Below are positions 7,953 through 15,819 of a stretch of 24,000 nucleotides of DNA, one piece after another (position 1 is the stretch's first letter; the number at the start of each line of letters is the position of its first letter). Position numbers and translations under genes: made by a program. The DNA is from Rhodococcus sacchari. GTDB lineage: Bacteria; Actinomycetota; Actinomycetes; Mycobacteriales; Mycobacteriaceae. The notes under the pieces were generated by a model. That model was not told the DNA's origin, made no database searches, and saw only the letters and a list, made by a program, of their open reading frames with translations. The DNA lies in assembly GCF_025837095.1 (NCBI RefSeq), contig NZ_CP107551.1:950352-974351 (forward strand), written 5' to 3'.

Positions 7953-7978
7953 AACGGAGACACCGAGGGGTCCGTTCC
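7953..7978 (-). promoter_or_regulatory. candidate ECF-sigma (SigE/SigH/SigR-type) promoter motif GGAAC-N17-CGTT oriented toward rpsR
   Basis: The minus strand reads GGAAC (7978-7974), then GGACCCCTCGGTGTCTC (17 nt), then CGTT (7956-7953). This is GGAAC-N18-GTT, the spacing I recall for the SigR/SigH class. It is the only such match I found in the spacers on either strand. Confidence 0.35.
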
Positions 7979-8002
7979 GCCAGGACGACATCACACTCCC
8001 GC

Positions 8003-8021
8003 TCTCAGGACGTTCTCATGG
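8003..8021 (+). promoter_or_regulatory. MprA-box-like direct repeat (two 8-mers separated by 3 nt) upstream of mprA
   Basis: The sequence is TCTCAGGA cgt TCTCATGG. This fits the published description of the MprA box (as I recall) as two loosely conserved 8-bp direct repeats 3 nt apart. A -10-like CACAAT (8030-8035) lies 8 nt downstream. Confidence 0.5.
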
Positions 8022-8033
8022 GGACGGTCCACA

Positions 8034-8732
8034 ATGGTGATCATGCGCATTCTGGTGGTCGACGACGACCGGGCAGTGCGGGAGTCGCTACGCCGGTCAC
8101 TCAGCTTCAACGGATACAGCGTCGACCTCGCGACCGACGGACAGGACGCTCTCGAACAGGTTGCGGCGTCACGGCCCGACGCCATGGTGCTCGACGTCAT
8201 GATGCCGCGCGTCGACGGCCTCGAGGTGTGCCGGCGGCTGCGCAGCACCGGCGACGACCTGCCGATCCTCGTCCTGACCGCGCGCGACTCCGTCTCCGAG
8301 CGGGTCGCCGGTCTGGATGCGGGAGCCGACGACTACCTGCCCAAGCCGTTCGCACTGGAGGAACTGCTCGCCCGTCTGCGGGCGCTGTTGCGGCGGGCCG
8401 CGCCCGATCCGGATGCATCCGCCGACGAGGTACTGCGGTTCGAGGATCTGAGCCTCAATCCGGCGACCCGCGAGGTGAAGCGGGGCGACCGGGACATCAG
8501 CCTCACCCGCACGGAGTTCTCGCTCATGGAGATGCTCATGGCGAATCCGCGCCGGGTGCTCTCACGCAGCCGCATCCTCGAGGAAGTGTGGGGCTACGAC
8601 TTCCCGACCTCGGGCAACGCACTCGAGGTGTACATCGGGTATCTGCGGCGCAAGACCGAGGCGGGCGGGGAGCCGCGCCTGATCCACACCGTGCGCGGGG
8701 TCGGGTACGTGCTGCGCGAGACGCCGCCGTGA
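8034..8732 (+). CDS. mprA: OmpR/PhoB-family response regulator MprA
   Basis: This is the C-terminal part of ORF 7854..8732. The sequence (MVI)[27 protein letters not shown]...[49 protein letters not shown]...[17 protein letters not shown] is near-collinear with M. tuberculosis MprA as I remember it. Candidate starts are ATG 8034, GTG 8037 and ATG 8043. ATG 8043 (MRILVV) would fit a leaderless transcript. Confidence 0.93.
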   Translation: MVIMRILVVDDDRAVRESLRRSLSFNGYSVDLATDGQDALEQVAASRPDAMVLDVMMPRVDGLEVCRRLRSTGDDLPILVLTARDSVSERVAGLDAGADDYLPKPFALEELLARLRALLRRAAPDPDASADEVLRFEDLSLNPATREVKRGDRDISLTRTEFSLMEMLMANPRRVLSRSRILEEVWGYDFPTSGNALEVYIGYLRRKTEAGGEPRLIHTVRGVGYVLRETPP

Positions 8733-10141
8733 GTTCCCCGATGCGGCCTCCTCTCCTGTTGACCCGTTCGGTTCCCTTGCGCACCCGCGTCACCCTGCTG
8801 GCGGCGGGCGCGGTGGCCCTCGCCGTCGCGGTCACCTCCATCGCCGCCTACGCCGTGGTGTCGCGGGCACTGTACGCCGACGTCGACACGCAGCTGCGGG
8901 CCCGGGCGTCCGCGCTCGTCGAGTCGAGCACGCTCATCACCTACGACCCCCGCTACATCGGTGGGGCGCAGCTCTACAGCTCCGACATCAGCGTCGCGCT
9001 GATCTACTCCGATCTCCGGCGCTACGTGCCGCCCGGCTCGTCGGTGCCGATCGGCGAACCCGAACTCGCCGTGGCGGAGGGCGAACGCGACTCGTCGCTG
9101 CGCACCGTCGCGCAGCAGCGGGTGCTCGCGCAGCGCATGCCCGACGGCAGCACCGTCGTCATCGCCCAGCGGCTGCGGCCCACAGCGGAGATCCTCAACC
9201 GGCTCGCGAGCGTGCTGTTCGTCGTCGGCGGATGCGGGGTGGTGCTCGCCGCGGCGGTCGGCGCCACGGTCGGCCGCACCGGCCTGCGACCGGTCGCCCG
9301 GCTCACCGCCGCGGCGGAACGCGTCGCCCGCACCGACGACCTGCGGCCCATCCGCGTGACCGGCCACGACGAGCTCGCCCGCCTCACCGAGAGCTTCAAC
9401 ATGATGCTGCGGGCGCTCGCCGAGTCGCGGGAGCGGCAGAGCCGTCTGGTCGCCGATGCCGGCCACGAACTCAAGACCCCGCTGACCTCGCTGCGCACCA
9501 ACATGGAGTTGCTCATCGCCGCGAGCCGGCCGGGCGCGCCGAGCCTGCCCGACGAGGACATGGCCGAACTCCGCGAGGACGTCATGGCCCAGATCGAGGA
9601 ACTGTCGACGCTGGTCGGCGACCTCGTCGACCTCGCCCGGGAGGACGCGCCGGAGACGGTGTTCGAGGTGGTCGACGTCGCCGAGGTGGTCGACCGCAGC
9701 CTCGAACGCGCGCGACGCCGCCGCACCGACGTCGAGTTCCGGGTGACCACCGAGCCGTGGTTCGTCTTCGGTGACCACGCCGGGCTCACCCGCGCGGTGG
9801 TCAACGTGCTCGACAACGCCGCGAAGTGGAGCCCGGCGGGGGAGGACGTGCTGGTGCGGATGCGGCAGCTCGGCACCGGCCTGATGGAACTGACCGTCGA
9901 CGACGCCGGCCCGGGTATCCCCGAGGAGGAACGCGAGCTCGTGTTCGAGCGGTTCTACCGCGCGACGACAGCCCGGTCGATGCCCGGCTCCGGGTTGGGT
10001 CTGGCCATCGTGCGGCAGATCGTCATGAAGCACGGCGGCACCATCGCCGTCGACCGTTCCGAACGCGGCGGTGCCCTGATCCGCATCGTGCTGCCGGGCG
10101 CCTCCCATCTCGAGGACGAACCGTCCCGGGAACACGGATGA
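8729..10141 (+). CDS. mprB: sensor histidine kinase MprB
   Basis: This is the C-terminal part of ORF 8018..10141. The GTG at 8729 overlaps the mprA stop (GTGA); an alternative ATG lies at 8741. The protein has an N-terminal TM segment ([23 protein letters not shown]), a second TM segment followed by a HAMP-like region, the H-box [19 protein letters not shown], an N-box [10 protein letters not shown], and G-boxes DDAGPGIP and GSGLGLAIV. Confidence 0.92.
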   Translation: MSSPMRPPLLLTRSVPLRTRVTLLAAGAVALAVAVTSIAAYAVVSRALYADVDTQLRARASALVESSTLITYDPRYIGGAQLYSSDISVALIYSDLRRYVPPGSSVPIGEPELAVAEGERDSSLRTVAQQRVLAQRMPDGSTVVIAQRLRPTAEILNRLASVLFVVGGCGVVLAAAVGATVGRTGLRPVARLTAAAERVARTDDLRPIRVTGHDELARLTESFNMMLRALAESRERQSRLVADAGHELKTPLTSLRTNMELLIAASRPGAPSLPDEDMAELREDVMAQIEELSTLVGDLVDLAREDAPETVFEVVDVAEVVDRSLERARRRRTDVEFRVTTEPWFVFGDHAGLTRAVVNVLDNAAKWSPAGEDVLVRMRQLGTGLMELTVDDAGPGIPEEERELVFERFYRATTARSMPGSGLGLAIVRQIVMKHGGTIAVDRSERGGALIRIVLPGASHLEDEPSREHG

Positions 10142-10175
10142 ACGACACATTTTCGACAGGGAACTCGAGGTTGCT

Positions 10176-10194
10176 TCTGAGCCGGCTCTCAGAC
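10176..10194 (+). promoter_or_regulatory. second MprA-box-like direct repeat, upstream of pepD
   Basis: The sequence is TCTGAGCC ggc TCTCAGAC, with the same 11-nt start-to-start spacing as at 8003-8021. A -10-like CATCCT (10203-10208) again lies exactly 8 nt after the box. A small hairpin GGGCGTC-cggga-GACGCCC (10220-10238) follows in the putative leader. Confidence 0.35.
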
Positions 10195-10310
10195 TGCGGG
10201 GCCATCCTGGAGACAGGACGGGCGTCCGGGAGACGCCCTCGAGCGATTCGGGCACCTGCCGCCGTCGAGCCGGTGCGGTGTCCCCGGCCGACGAAGATGG
10301 GAAGTGACGA

Positions 10311-11567
10311 ATGACCGATGATCCGACCCGCGGTGCCGGCGTGCCGCAGCAGCCCCAGCCCGGTCCCTACGGTGCCGGGGGGTACAACCCGTACGCCCAC
10401 ACGACGCCGCAGCCGACCCAGCCCTATCAGGTGCCGCCGCAGGCACCCCAGCCCGGCCAGGCACCCCAGCCGGCGCAGTCCCCGCGGATGCCGGGTCGTT
10501 CCGCGCTGGTGATCGGAGCCGTCGCGCTCGCACTGGTCAGCGGCGGTATCGGTGGTGCGGTGGGCGCCTGGTCGGTGCGCGACTCGTCGGACGGCGCGGT
10601 GGTCAATGCCCTGGACGCCCCCACCCCGCAGACCACGACGGTCTCGAACGCGCCCGAGGGCAGCGTGCAGGCCGTCGCCGACAGGGTGGTTCCGAGCGTC
10701 GTGCGCATCGAGGTCCTGGGCCGGACCGGTGCAGGCGAGGGATCGGGTGTGATCCTGTCCTCCGACGGACTGATCCTCACCAACAACCACGTCGTCTCGG
10801 GCGCCGGGCCGGGTGCGCGGCTCACCGTCTACTTCTCCGACGGGTCCACCGCCCCCGCGACGGTCGTCGGTGCCGACGCCGTCTCGGACGTCGCGGTGAT
10901 CCGCACCGAGGGACGCAACGACCTGACGCCCATCGAGCTCGGCAGCGCCGCGAACCTCGACGTCGGTCAGGCCGTGGTGGCGGTCGGTTCACCGCTCGGC
11001 CTGCAGAGCACGGTCACTGCGGGCATCGTCTCGGCGCTCAACCGACCCGTCTCCACCAGCGGCGACATGGCCAGCCAGGCGTCGGTGATCGACGCCATCC
11101 AGACCGACGCCGCGATCAACCCGGGCAACTCGGGGGGTGCGCTCGTCGACATGGAGGGCCGCCTCGTCGGCATCAACACCGCCATCGCGACCGCGGGCGG
11201 GCAGTCGGGATCCATCGGTCTCGGCTTCGCCATCCCCGTCGAGCAGGCCCGGCGGGTCGCGCAGGAGCTGATCGACACCGGTAAGGCCACCCACGCGATC
11301 ATCGGCGTGCAGGTCCCCTCGCAGGACAACGTCTACGGGGCGCGCGTCGTGGAGATCGTGCCCGACGGGCCGGCCGCCCGGGCGGGGATCCCCAAGGACG
11401 CCGTCATCGTCCGTGTCGACGACCGGGTGATCACCGACGGCGACTCGCTCATCGCTGCGATCCGGTCGAAGGCACCGGGGGAGAGCGTGAAGATCACCTA
11501 CCGCACTCCCGACGGCACCGAGACCACGGTCGACGTCGAAACCGCCGCGGACTCCGCCGGCCGATAG
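10311..11567 (+). CDS. pepD: HtrA/DegP-family (S1C) serine protease with PDZ domain, PepD
   Basis: ORF track 10311..11567. The N-terminus is Pro/Gln-rich and is followed by a TM segment (SALVIGAVALALVSGGIGGAVGAW). The catalytic triad contexts are TNNHVV, DVAVIR and GNSGGALV. A C-terminal PDZ-like region is present (GARVVEIVPDGPAARAGI). Its position after mprAB matches M. tuberculosis. Confidence 0.92.
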   Translation: MTDDPTRGAGVPQQPQPGPYGAGGYNPYAHTTPQPTQPYQVPPQAPQPGQAPQPAQSPRMPGRSALVIGAVALALVSGGIGGAVGAWSVRDSSDGAVVNALDAPTPQTTTVSNAPEGSVQAVADRVVPSVVRIEVLGRTGAGEGSGVILSSDGLILTNNHVVSGAGPGARLTVYFSDGSTAPATVVGADAVSDVAVIRTEGRNDLTPIELGSAANLDVGQAVVAVGSPLGLQSTVTAGIVSALNRPVSTSGDMASQASVIDAIQTDAAINPGNSGGALVDMEGRLVGINTAIATAGGQSGSIGLGFAIPVEQARRVAQELIDTGKATHAIIGVQVPSQDNVYGARVVEIVPDGPAARAGIPKDAVIVRVDDRVITDGDSLIAAIRSKAPGESVKITYRTPDGTETTVDVETAADSAGR

Positions 11568-11575
11568 GAACCGAC

Positions 11576-12139
11576 ATGGACATAGTTCGCAATCCGGTAC
11601 AAGAGCCGCGTTCGTCCGGGGCTCGAACTACCGTGGACCTCATGGAACTCGAAGCCCCCAGGATCGGTCGCGCACTGGTCGTGATCGTCGACGATCGTGT
11701 CTCCCACGGCGACAGCGAGGACTCGGCGGGACCTCTCGTCACCGAGCTTCTCGTCGAGGGTGGTTTCGCCGTCGACGGTGTCGTCACCGTCGCCGCCGAC
11801 GAGGTCGAGATCCGGAATGCGCTGAACACCGCGGTGATCGGTGGCGTGGACCTGGTGGTGTCCGTGGGTGGCACCGGAGTGACCCCGCGCGACGTGACCC
11901 CCGACGCGACCGAGAACGTGCTCGACCACGAGATCCGCGGTATCGCCGAGGCGTTGCGCGCGTCCGGCCTGGCCTCGGGTGCGCTCGACGCCGGCTTGTC
12001 GCGCGGACTGGTCGGGGTGTCGGGGTCGACGTTGGTGGCCAATCTCGCGTCGTCGCGGCCCGCGATCCGCGACGGGATGGCGACGCTGCTTCCGCTGGCG
12101 TCGCATGTCATCGAGGAACTGTCGCGGGTGGAGGAGTAG
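11576..12139 (+). CDS. moaB: MoaB/MogA-family molybdenum cofactor biosynthesis protein
   Basis: ORF track 11576..12139. Family motifs include ALVVIVDDRVSHGDSEDSAGPLV and DLVVSVGGTGVTPRDVTPDAT (a GGTG motif). An AGGAA sequence lies 5 nt upstream of the ATG. The position matches moaB2 downstream of pepD. Confidence 0.88.
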   Translation: MDIVRNPVQEPRSSGARTTVDLMELEAPRIGRALVVIVDDRVSHGDSEDSAGPLVTELLVEGGFAVDGVVTVAADEVEIRNALNTAVIGGVDLVVSVGGTGVTPRDVTPDATENVLDHEIRGIAEALRASGLASGALDAGLSRGLVGVSGSTLVANLASSRPAIRDGMATLLPLASHVIEELSRVEE

Positions 12140-12144
12140 AAGCA

Positions 12145-12351
12145 GTGACGAACGGTCGCTCTCGCGAGCACGACGAGAAGAGCGACTCGCAGAAGGCGAG
12201 CCGGGCCCGGATCGATCGGGCGCGGCTCGCCCGTATCTTCGGCGACGTACTGCCGGAGACCACGCGGGACGAACGAGGAGTGGACGACGCCCGGGGCGAG
12301 AGCGCCGACGAGTGGCTCCGCAGGCAGGTGCCGCCCCACCACGGTGGATGA
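12145..12351 (+). CDS. small charged hypothetical protein (68 aa)
   Basis: ORF track 12145..12351, with a GTG start 5 nt after the moaB stop. Third-position GC is high across the ORF (for example CGC GAG CAC GAC GAG AAG AGC GAC TCG CAG AAG GCG). The protein ends ...IFGDVLPETTRDERG...EWLRRQVPPHHGG. I recognise no domain. Confidence 0.55.
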   Translation: MTNGRSREHDEKSDSQKASRARIDRARLARIFGDVLPETTRDERGVDDARGESADEWLRRQVPPHHGG

Positions 12352-12354
12352 TCC

Positions 12355-12376
12355 GCCGCTCGACTCGCCGAGCGGC
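12355..12376. terminator. short hairpin between the convergent small ORF and mscL
   Basis: GCCGCTCG (12355-12362) pairs with CGAGCGGC (12369-12376) around a 6-nt loop. The hairpin sits between two convergent stop codons (12351 and 12415). Confidence 0.4.
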
Positions 12377-12414
12377 GACCCCGTCGTACCGAGGGGGCGT
12401 ACTGCGGGGGCCGG

Positions 12415-12849
12415 TTACTCGGTGCGGGGAGCGGGCTTGGCGTGCGCGCCACCCGCGCCGGACTGCGTGGCCTGTGCTTCGAGGATGTCGCGGATCTGGA
12501 TGAGCAGATCCTCGGCGCTGGCCTGCTTGTCCTCGGGCTCGGTGACGAACTTCTTCTTCGCGGCGTTGGCCGGGACGATGAGGACGAAGTAGACCACCGC
12601 GGCGATGATGACGAAGTTGATGATCGCCGAGACCACCGCGCCGATGTTGACGAAGGTCGCGGGGTTGTCGCCGATGATCTGGAAGCCCCAGCCCATCTCG
12701 TTGTCGCCGCCGACCGCGCTGATGAGCGGCTCGATGATGTACTCGGTGAAGGCCGTGACGATCGCGGTGAACGCCGCGCCGACCACGACGGCGACGGCCA
12801 GGTCGAGAACGTTGCCTCTGAGCAGGAAGTCCTTGAAGCCCTTCAGCAT
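12415..12849 (-). CDS. mscL: large-conductance mechanosensitive channel MscL (copy 1, syntenic copy; 144 aa)
   Basis: ORF 12415..12918(-), trimmed to ATG 12849 with an AAGGAG RBS upstream (revcomp of 12856-12861). The protein reads MLKGFKDFLLRGNVLDLAVAVVVGAAFTAIVTAFTEYIIEPLI...INFVIIAAVVYFVLIVPANAAKKKF..., the canonical MscL N-terminus, TM1 and TM2. Confidence 0.95.
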   Translation of the reverse strand: MLKGFKDFLLRGNVLDLAVAVVVGAAFTAIVTAFTEYIIEPLISAVGGDNEMGWGFQIIGDNPATFVNIGAVVSAIINFVIIAAVVYFVLIVPANAAKKKFVTEPEDKQASAEDLLIQIRDILEAQATQSGAGGAHAKPAPRTE

Positions 12850-12953
12850 GGTGTGCTCCTTCTCGCGGCCGGTCCGTCGGAGCCGCGCTGTGCGGGTGGG
12901 TCGCAGGGACTTCCACACGATAGACCGGTAGGTCCGTTTCCAGGGGCGATTCC

Positions 12954-12969
12954 GGGCATCGCGATGCCC
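12954..12969. repeat. perfect 16-bp palindrome GGGCATCGCGATGCCC in the SAF-mscL spacer
   Basis: The sequence is its own reverse complement. It is preceded directly by CGATTCCG (12947-12954). An alternative outer pairing is CAGGGGC (12941-12947) with GCCCCTG (12966-12972). It could be the terminator of the SAF gene or an operator for mscL. Confidence 0.5.
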
Positions 12970-13032
12970 CTGTGGCGGCTGTGTCCTCGAGCACGGACGA
13001 AGTCCCTCGGGTGCAGATGCAGGCAGATGTGG

Positions 13033-13764
13033 TCAGTGCAGGGTGACGGTGAGAGCACTGACGAGGGATGCCGCCGCGACCGCCGTGGCCTGCTCGGCCT
13101 CCAGCGCGACCAGCACCACCCGTTCGCTGCGGTCCCGCGCCGGGCCGGCCGCCTCCGCCAGCACGACGATCGCCCCGCGCGCCAGGACGTGCGCGCCCGG
13201 CAGTGCGTCCTCGGCGCCGTCGGCCACGGTGAGGACGTCGACCCGGTCGCCTTCGCGGAGGAGTTCGCCGACTCCGGCGTCGGCGAGACGGATGGGCACC
13301 ACACGCGCCTCGGGGGTGCCGGTCGCCGCAGCGGCCAGGCGCGGCCCGAGGATCCGCAGGTCCACGAGGGCCTCCCCGGCGGGGACCGGGCCGGCGAGGA
13401 TGTGCCCGAGGGCCTCGTCGGCCTCGGTCAGGGTTCCCGAGGCGAGGGTCGAGGCGTCGCGGTCGACCACCGTGACGTCGTCGGCGGTCAGGACGTGGCC
13501 GGGCGGGAGATCGCGGGTGGCGACGAGGGCGGGCGCACGATCGCCGTCCGGGTCGCTGCGCAGTGCGAGGAGCACGGCGAGGGCGGTGAGCACCCCCGCG
13601 GCGATCCGGCGGGCCCGGAGGATGCGGGTGCGGCCGGGGCGGAGCAGTTCGGCGAGCCGATCGGGCAGTGTCGGTTGCAGTGCACCGGACCGCACCGGCT
13701 GCCGCGCGGTGCGGTGCGCGGAGGAACTCTCACGACGGGTGAACGAGAACGGGCCGGCGGGCAT
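13033..13764 (-). CDS. SAF-domain (CpaB/RcpC-like) membrane-anchored protein
   Basis: ORF track 13033..13764(-). A single TM segment (IAAGVLTALAVLLAL) is followed by a SAF-like segment (ALVATRDLPPGHVLTADDVTVVD). There is no SD upstream. TAGGTT lies 5 nt upstream of the ATG on the minus strand. The start is uncertain. Confidence 0.7.
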   Translation of the reverse strand: MPAGPFSFTRRESSSAHRTARQPVRSGALQPTLPDRLAELLRPGRTRILRARRIAAGVLTALAVLLALRSDPDGDRAPALVATRDLPPGHVLTADDVTVVDRDASTLASGTLTEADEALGHILAGPVPAGEALVDLRILGPRLAAAATGTPEARVVPIRLADAGVGELLREGDRVDVLTVADGAEDALPGAHVLARGAIVVLAEAAGPARDRSERVVLVALEAEQATAVAAASLVSALTVTLH

Positions 13765-13862
13765 GTCCCGAACCTAGGAGGTCGGAACGGCCCGTCGGCC
13801 TCGTGAAGCGTTCTCCGGCGGCGTTCTGTGGATGAACTCGCCGCCTGTGGATTACCGGGTGA

Positions 13863-14129
13863 TCAGCTCGCTGCGGCGGCCGCGGTGGACGAGCTGCTGT
13901 CGCTCGACGAGGAGCTCGAGCTCGACGAGGCCGACTCGCTGGCGGTGCTGCCGTTGCGGGAGTCGGTGCGGTAGAAACCGCTGCCCTTGAAGACGATGCC
14001 GACGGAGTTGAACAGCTTGCGCAGCTTGCCCTGGCACTGCGGGCACTCGGTGAGGGAATCGTCGCTGAAGGACTGCACGATGTCGAACTTGTTGTCGCAG
14101 GCCGTGCAGGCATATGAGTAGGTGGGCAC
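13863..14129 (-). CDS. FmdB-family zinc-ribbon protein with Ser-rich disordered tail (Rv0991c/Ruc-like)
   Basis: The protein begins (M)PTYSYACTACDNKFDIVQSFSDDSLTECPQCQGKLRKLFNSVGIVFKGSGFY. It has two CxxC pairs and then a tail SESASSSSSSSSSDSSSSTAAAAAS. The start is GTG (cac 14127-14129), with a GGAGGA RBS 7 nt upstream. Confidence 0.88.
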   Translation of the reverse strand: MPTYSYACTACDNKFDIVQSFSDDSLTECPQCQGKLRKLFNSVGIVFKGSGFYRTDSRNGSTASESASSSSSSSSSDSSSSTAAAAAS

Positions 14130-14213
14130 CGGTTGATCCTCCGCCAGTTCGTCGTACCACAGCGTTCGTGGGGCTGCAGTCTTAGCACTCTACCGTCGAC
14201 AGTGCCAACAGCG

Positions 14214-14816
14214 CTAGGAAGTGTGTTGTTCCGCACGGTCGTCGCTACCGAGGCGGACCAGCCCTTTCCCCGGCGTGAGGGCCCAGCCCATGCGGACGTC
14301 GTGCGGATCCTCCGGAAGTTCGTCGACCAGCTCGTCGTCCCGGACCACCGCGATGATCGCCGCGTCGGGGGAGACCAGGTGCAGACTGCGGTCGTAGAAA
14401 CCCGCGCCGCGTCCCAGGCGCACGCCCCGCACGTCCACCGCGAGAGCCGGGACGAGCACCGTGTGGGCCCGCGCGACGGCCTCGGGCGGCAGGATCTCCC
14501 CGCCCGGCTCACGGAGACCGAAATCCGCCGCGACCAGCGAATCCTCTCCGAGATAGGGGGCCCACGACAACGGCTCACCGGCGCGGGTGACGGGCACGAG
14601 CACCGTGCACCCCGCCTCCACCAGCACGTCGAGCAGGGCCAGGGAACCGGGTTCGGAACCGACCGGTACGTACGCGCACACGACGGAGCCGGCGGGGGCG
14701 AGCGTCGCGGCCACGGTGGCGAGGGCGGTGTCCTCGATCCGCCGCCTGGCCGCAGGCAGCCCGCGGCGGGCTGTCAGAATGCGGTCACGCCAGACGGCCT
14801 TGGGGGAAGAGGTCAT
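14214..14816 (-). CDS. 5-formyltetrahydrofolate cyclo-ligase
   Basis: ORF track 14214..14816(-). Family-typical segments are SVVCAYVPVGSEPGS, VLVPALAVDVRGVRLGRGAGFYDRSL and PHDVRMGWALTP. It is divergent from galU, as in mycobacteria and corynebacteria. Confidence 0.85.
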   Translation of the reverse strand: MTSSPKAVWRDRILTARRGLPAARRRIEDTALATVAATLAPAGSVVCAYVPVGSEPGSLALLDVLVEAGCTVLVPVTRAGEPLSWAPYLGEDSLVAADFGLREPGGEILPPEAVARAHTVLVPALAVDVRGVRLGRGAGFYDRSLHLVSPDAAIIAVVRDDELVDELPEDPHDVRMGWALTPGKGLVRLGSDDRAEQHTS

Positions 14817-14876
14817 GTCGGCGCCTTACGATCACGGAGCCACCGTTCCAGGTGGTCGAAGTTAGGGTGGGAGTCT

Positions 14877-15788
14877 ATGACGAACAGTACGACCGGAGGC
14901 ACGCGGCACTTCAAGACCGCGGTTGTCCCCGCAGCAGGCATGGGGACACGCTTCCTTCCCGCGACCAAGACGGTCCCGAAGGAACTTCTTCCGGTGGTCG
15001 ACACGCCCGGTATCGAGCTGGTTGCGGGCGAGGCGGCCGACTCGGGCGCCGAGCGCCTTCTCATCGTGACCTCGCCGGGCAAGGACGGCGTGGTCGCCCA
15101 TTTCGTCGAGGACCTCGTCCTCGAGTCGAAGCTGGAGGAGAAGGGCAAGTACGAGCTCCTCGCGAAGGTCCGCAAGGCGCCGGGCCTGCTCGAGGTGGAG
15201 TCGGTGATCCAGGAGCAGCCGCTCGGTCTCGGGCACGCCGTGGCGTGCGCGGAGTCGGCGCTCGATCCCGACGAGGACGCCATCGCCGTGCTGCTGCCCG
15301 ACGACCTCGTGCTGCCCGTCGGCGTGCTCGAGACCATGCAGCGTGTCCGCGCCAAGCGCGGCGGCTCGGTGCTGTGCGCGATCGACGTTCCCAAGGATCA
15401 GGTCAGCGCCTACGGCGTCTTCGACGTCGAGCCCGTGCCCGACGCGGTGAACCCCGACGTCCTCAAGGTGCTCGGCATGGTCGAGAAGCCCGCCATCGAG
15501 GATGCGCCGTCGACCTTCGCCGCGGCCGGCCGCTACCTGCTCGACCGTGCGATCTTCGACGCGCTGCGCCGCATCGAGCCCGGCGCCGGCGGAGAACTGC
15601 AGCTCACCGACGCGATCGCGCTGCTCATCTCCGAGGGCCACCCGGTCCACGTGGTGGTGCACCGCGGCACCCGACACGACCTCGGAAATCCCGGGGGCTA
15701 TCTGCGCGCTGCGGTTGACTCGGCGTTGAACACGGAAGAGTACGGGCCCTCGCTGCGCGAGTGGCTCATCGAGCGCCTGAAGCGCTGA
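14877..15788 (+). CDS. galU: UTP--glucose-1-phosphate uridylyltransferase GalU
   Basis: This is the C-terminal 303 codons of ORF 14133..15788, starting at ATG 14877. The protein reads MTNSTTGGTRHFKTAVVPAAGMGTRFLPATKTVPKELLPVVDTPGIE... (nucleotide-binding loop A-G-x-G-T-R-x-L-P-x-T-K) and continues ...GRYLLDRAIFDAL...GGELQLTDAI. Confidence 0.93.
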   Translation: MTNSTTGGTRHFKTAVVPAAGMGTRFLPATKTVPKELLPVVDTPGIELVAGEAADSGAERLLIVTSPGKDGVVAHFVEDLVLESKLEEKGKYELLAKVRKAPGLLEVESVIQEQPLGLGHAVACAESALDPDEDAIAVLLPDDLVLPVGVLETMQRVRAKRGGSVLCAIDVPKDQVSAYGVFDVEPVPDAVNPDVLKVLGMVEKPAIEDAPSTFAAAGRYLLDRAIFDALRRIEPGAGGELQLTDAIALLISEGHPVHVVVHRGTRHDLGNPGGYLRAAVDSALNTEEYGPSLREWLIERLKR

Positions 15789-15819
15789 CTGCCGGACGGG
15801 CTGGAGGACGAGAAGCAGT

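Noticed and set aside
7861-8002. A Zur box upstream of the C-minus S18 gene.
   Set aside because: I could not find an AT-rich palindrome of the kind expected for Zur operators in this spacer. A PWM scan would be needed to be certain.
10160-10185. GGAAC at 10160-10164 as a SigE-type -35 element for pepD.
   Set aside because: No GTT lies 17-19 nt downstream. The nearest GTT is only 6 nt away.
13866-13935. Repetitive GAGCTC/CTCGAC DNA, considered as a possible non-coding tandem repeat or VNTR.
   Set aside because: It lies inside the zinc-ribbon ORF and simply encodes the poly-Ser/Asp tail, so it is low-complexity coding sequence. Possible length variation is noted under findings.
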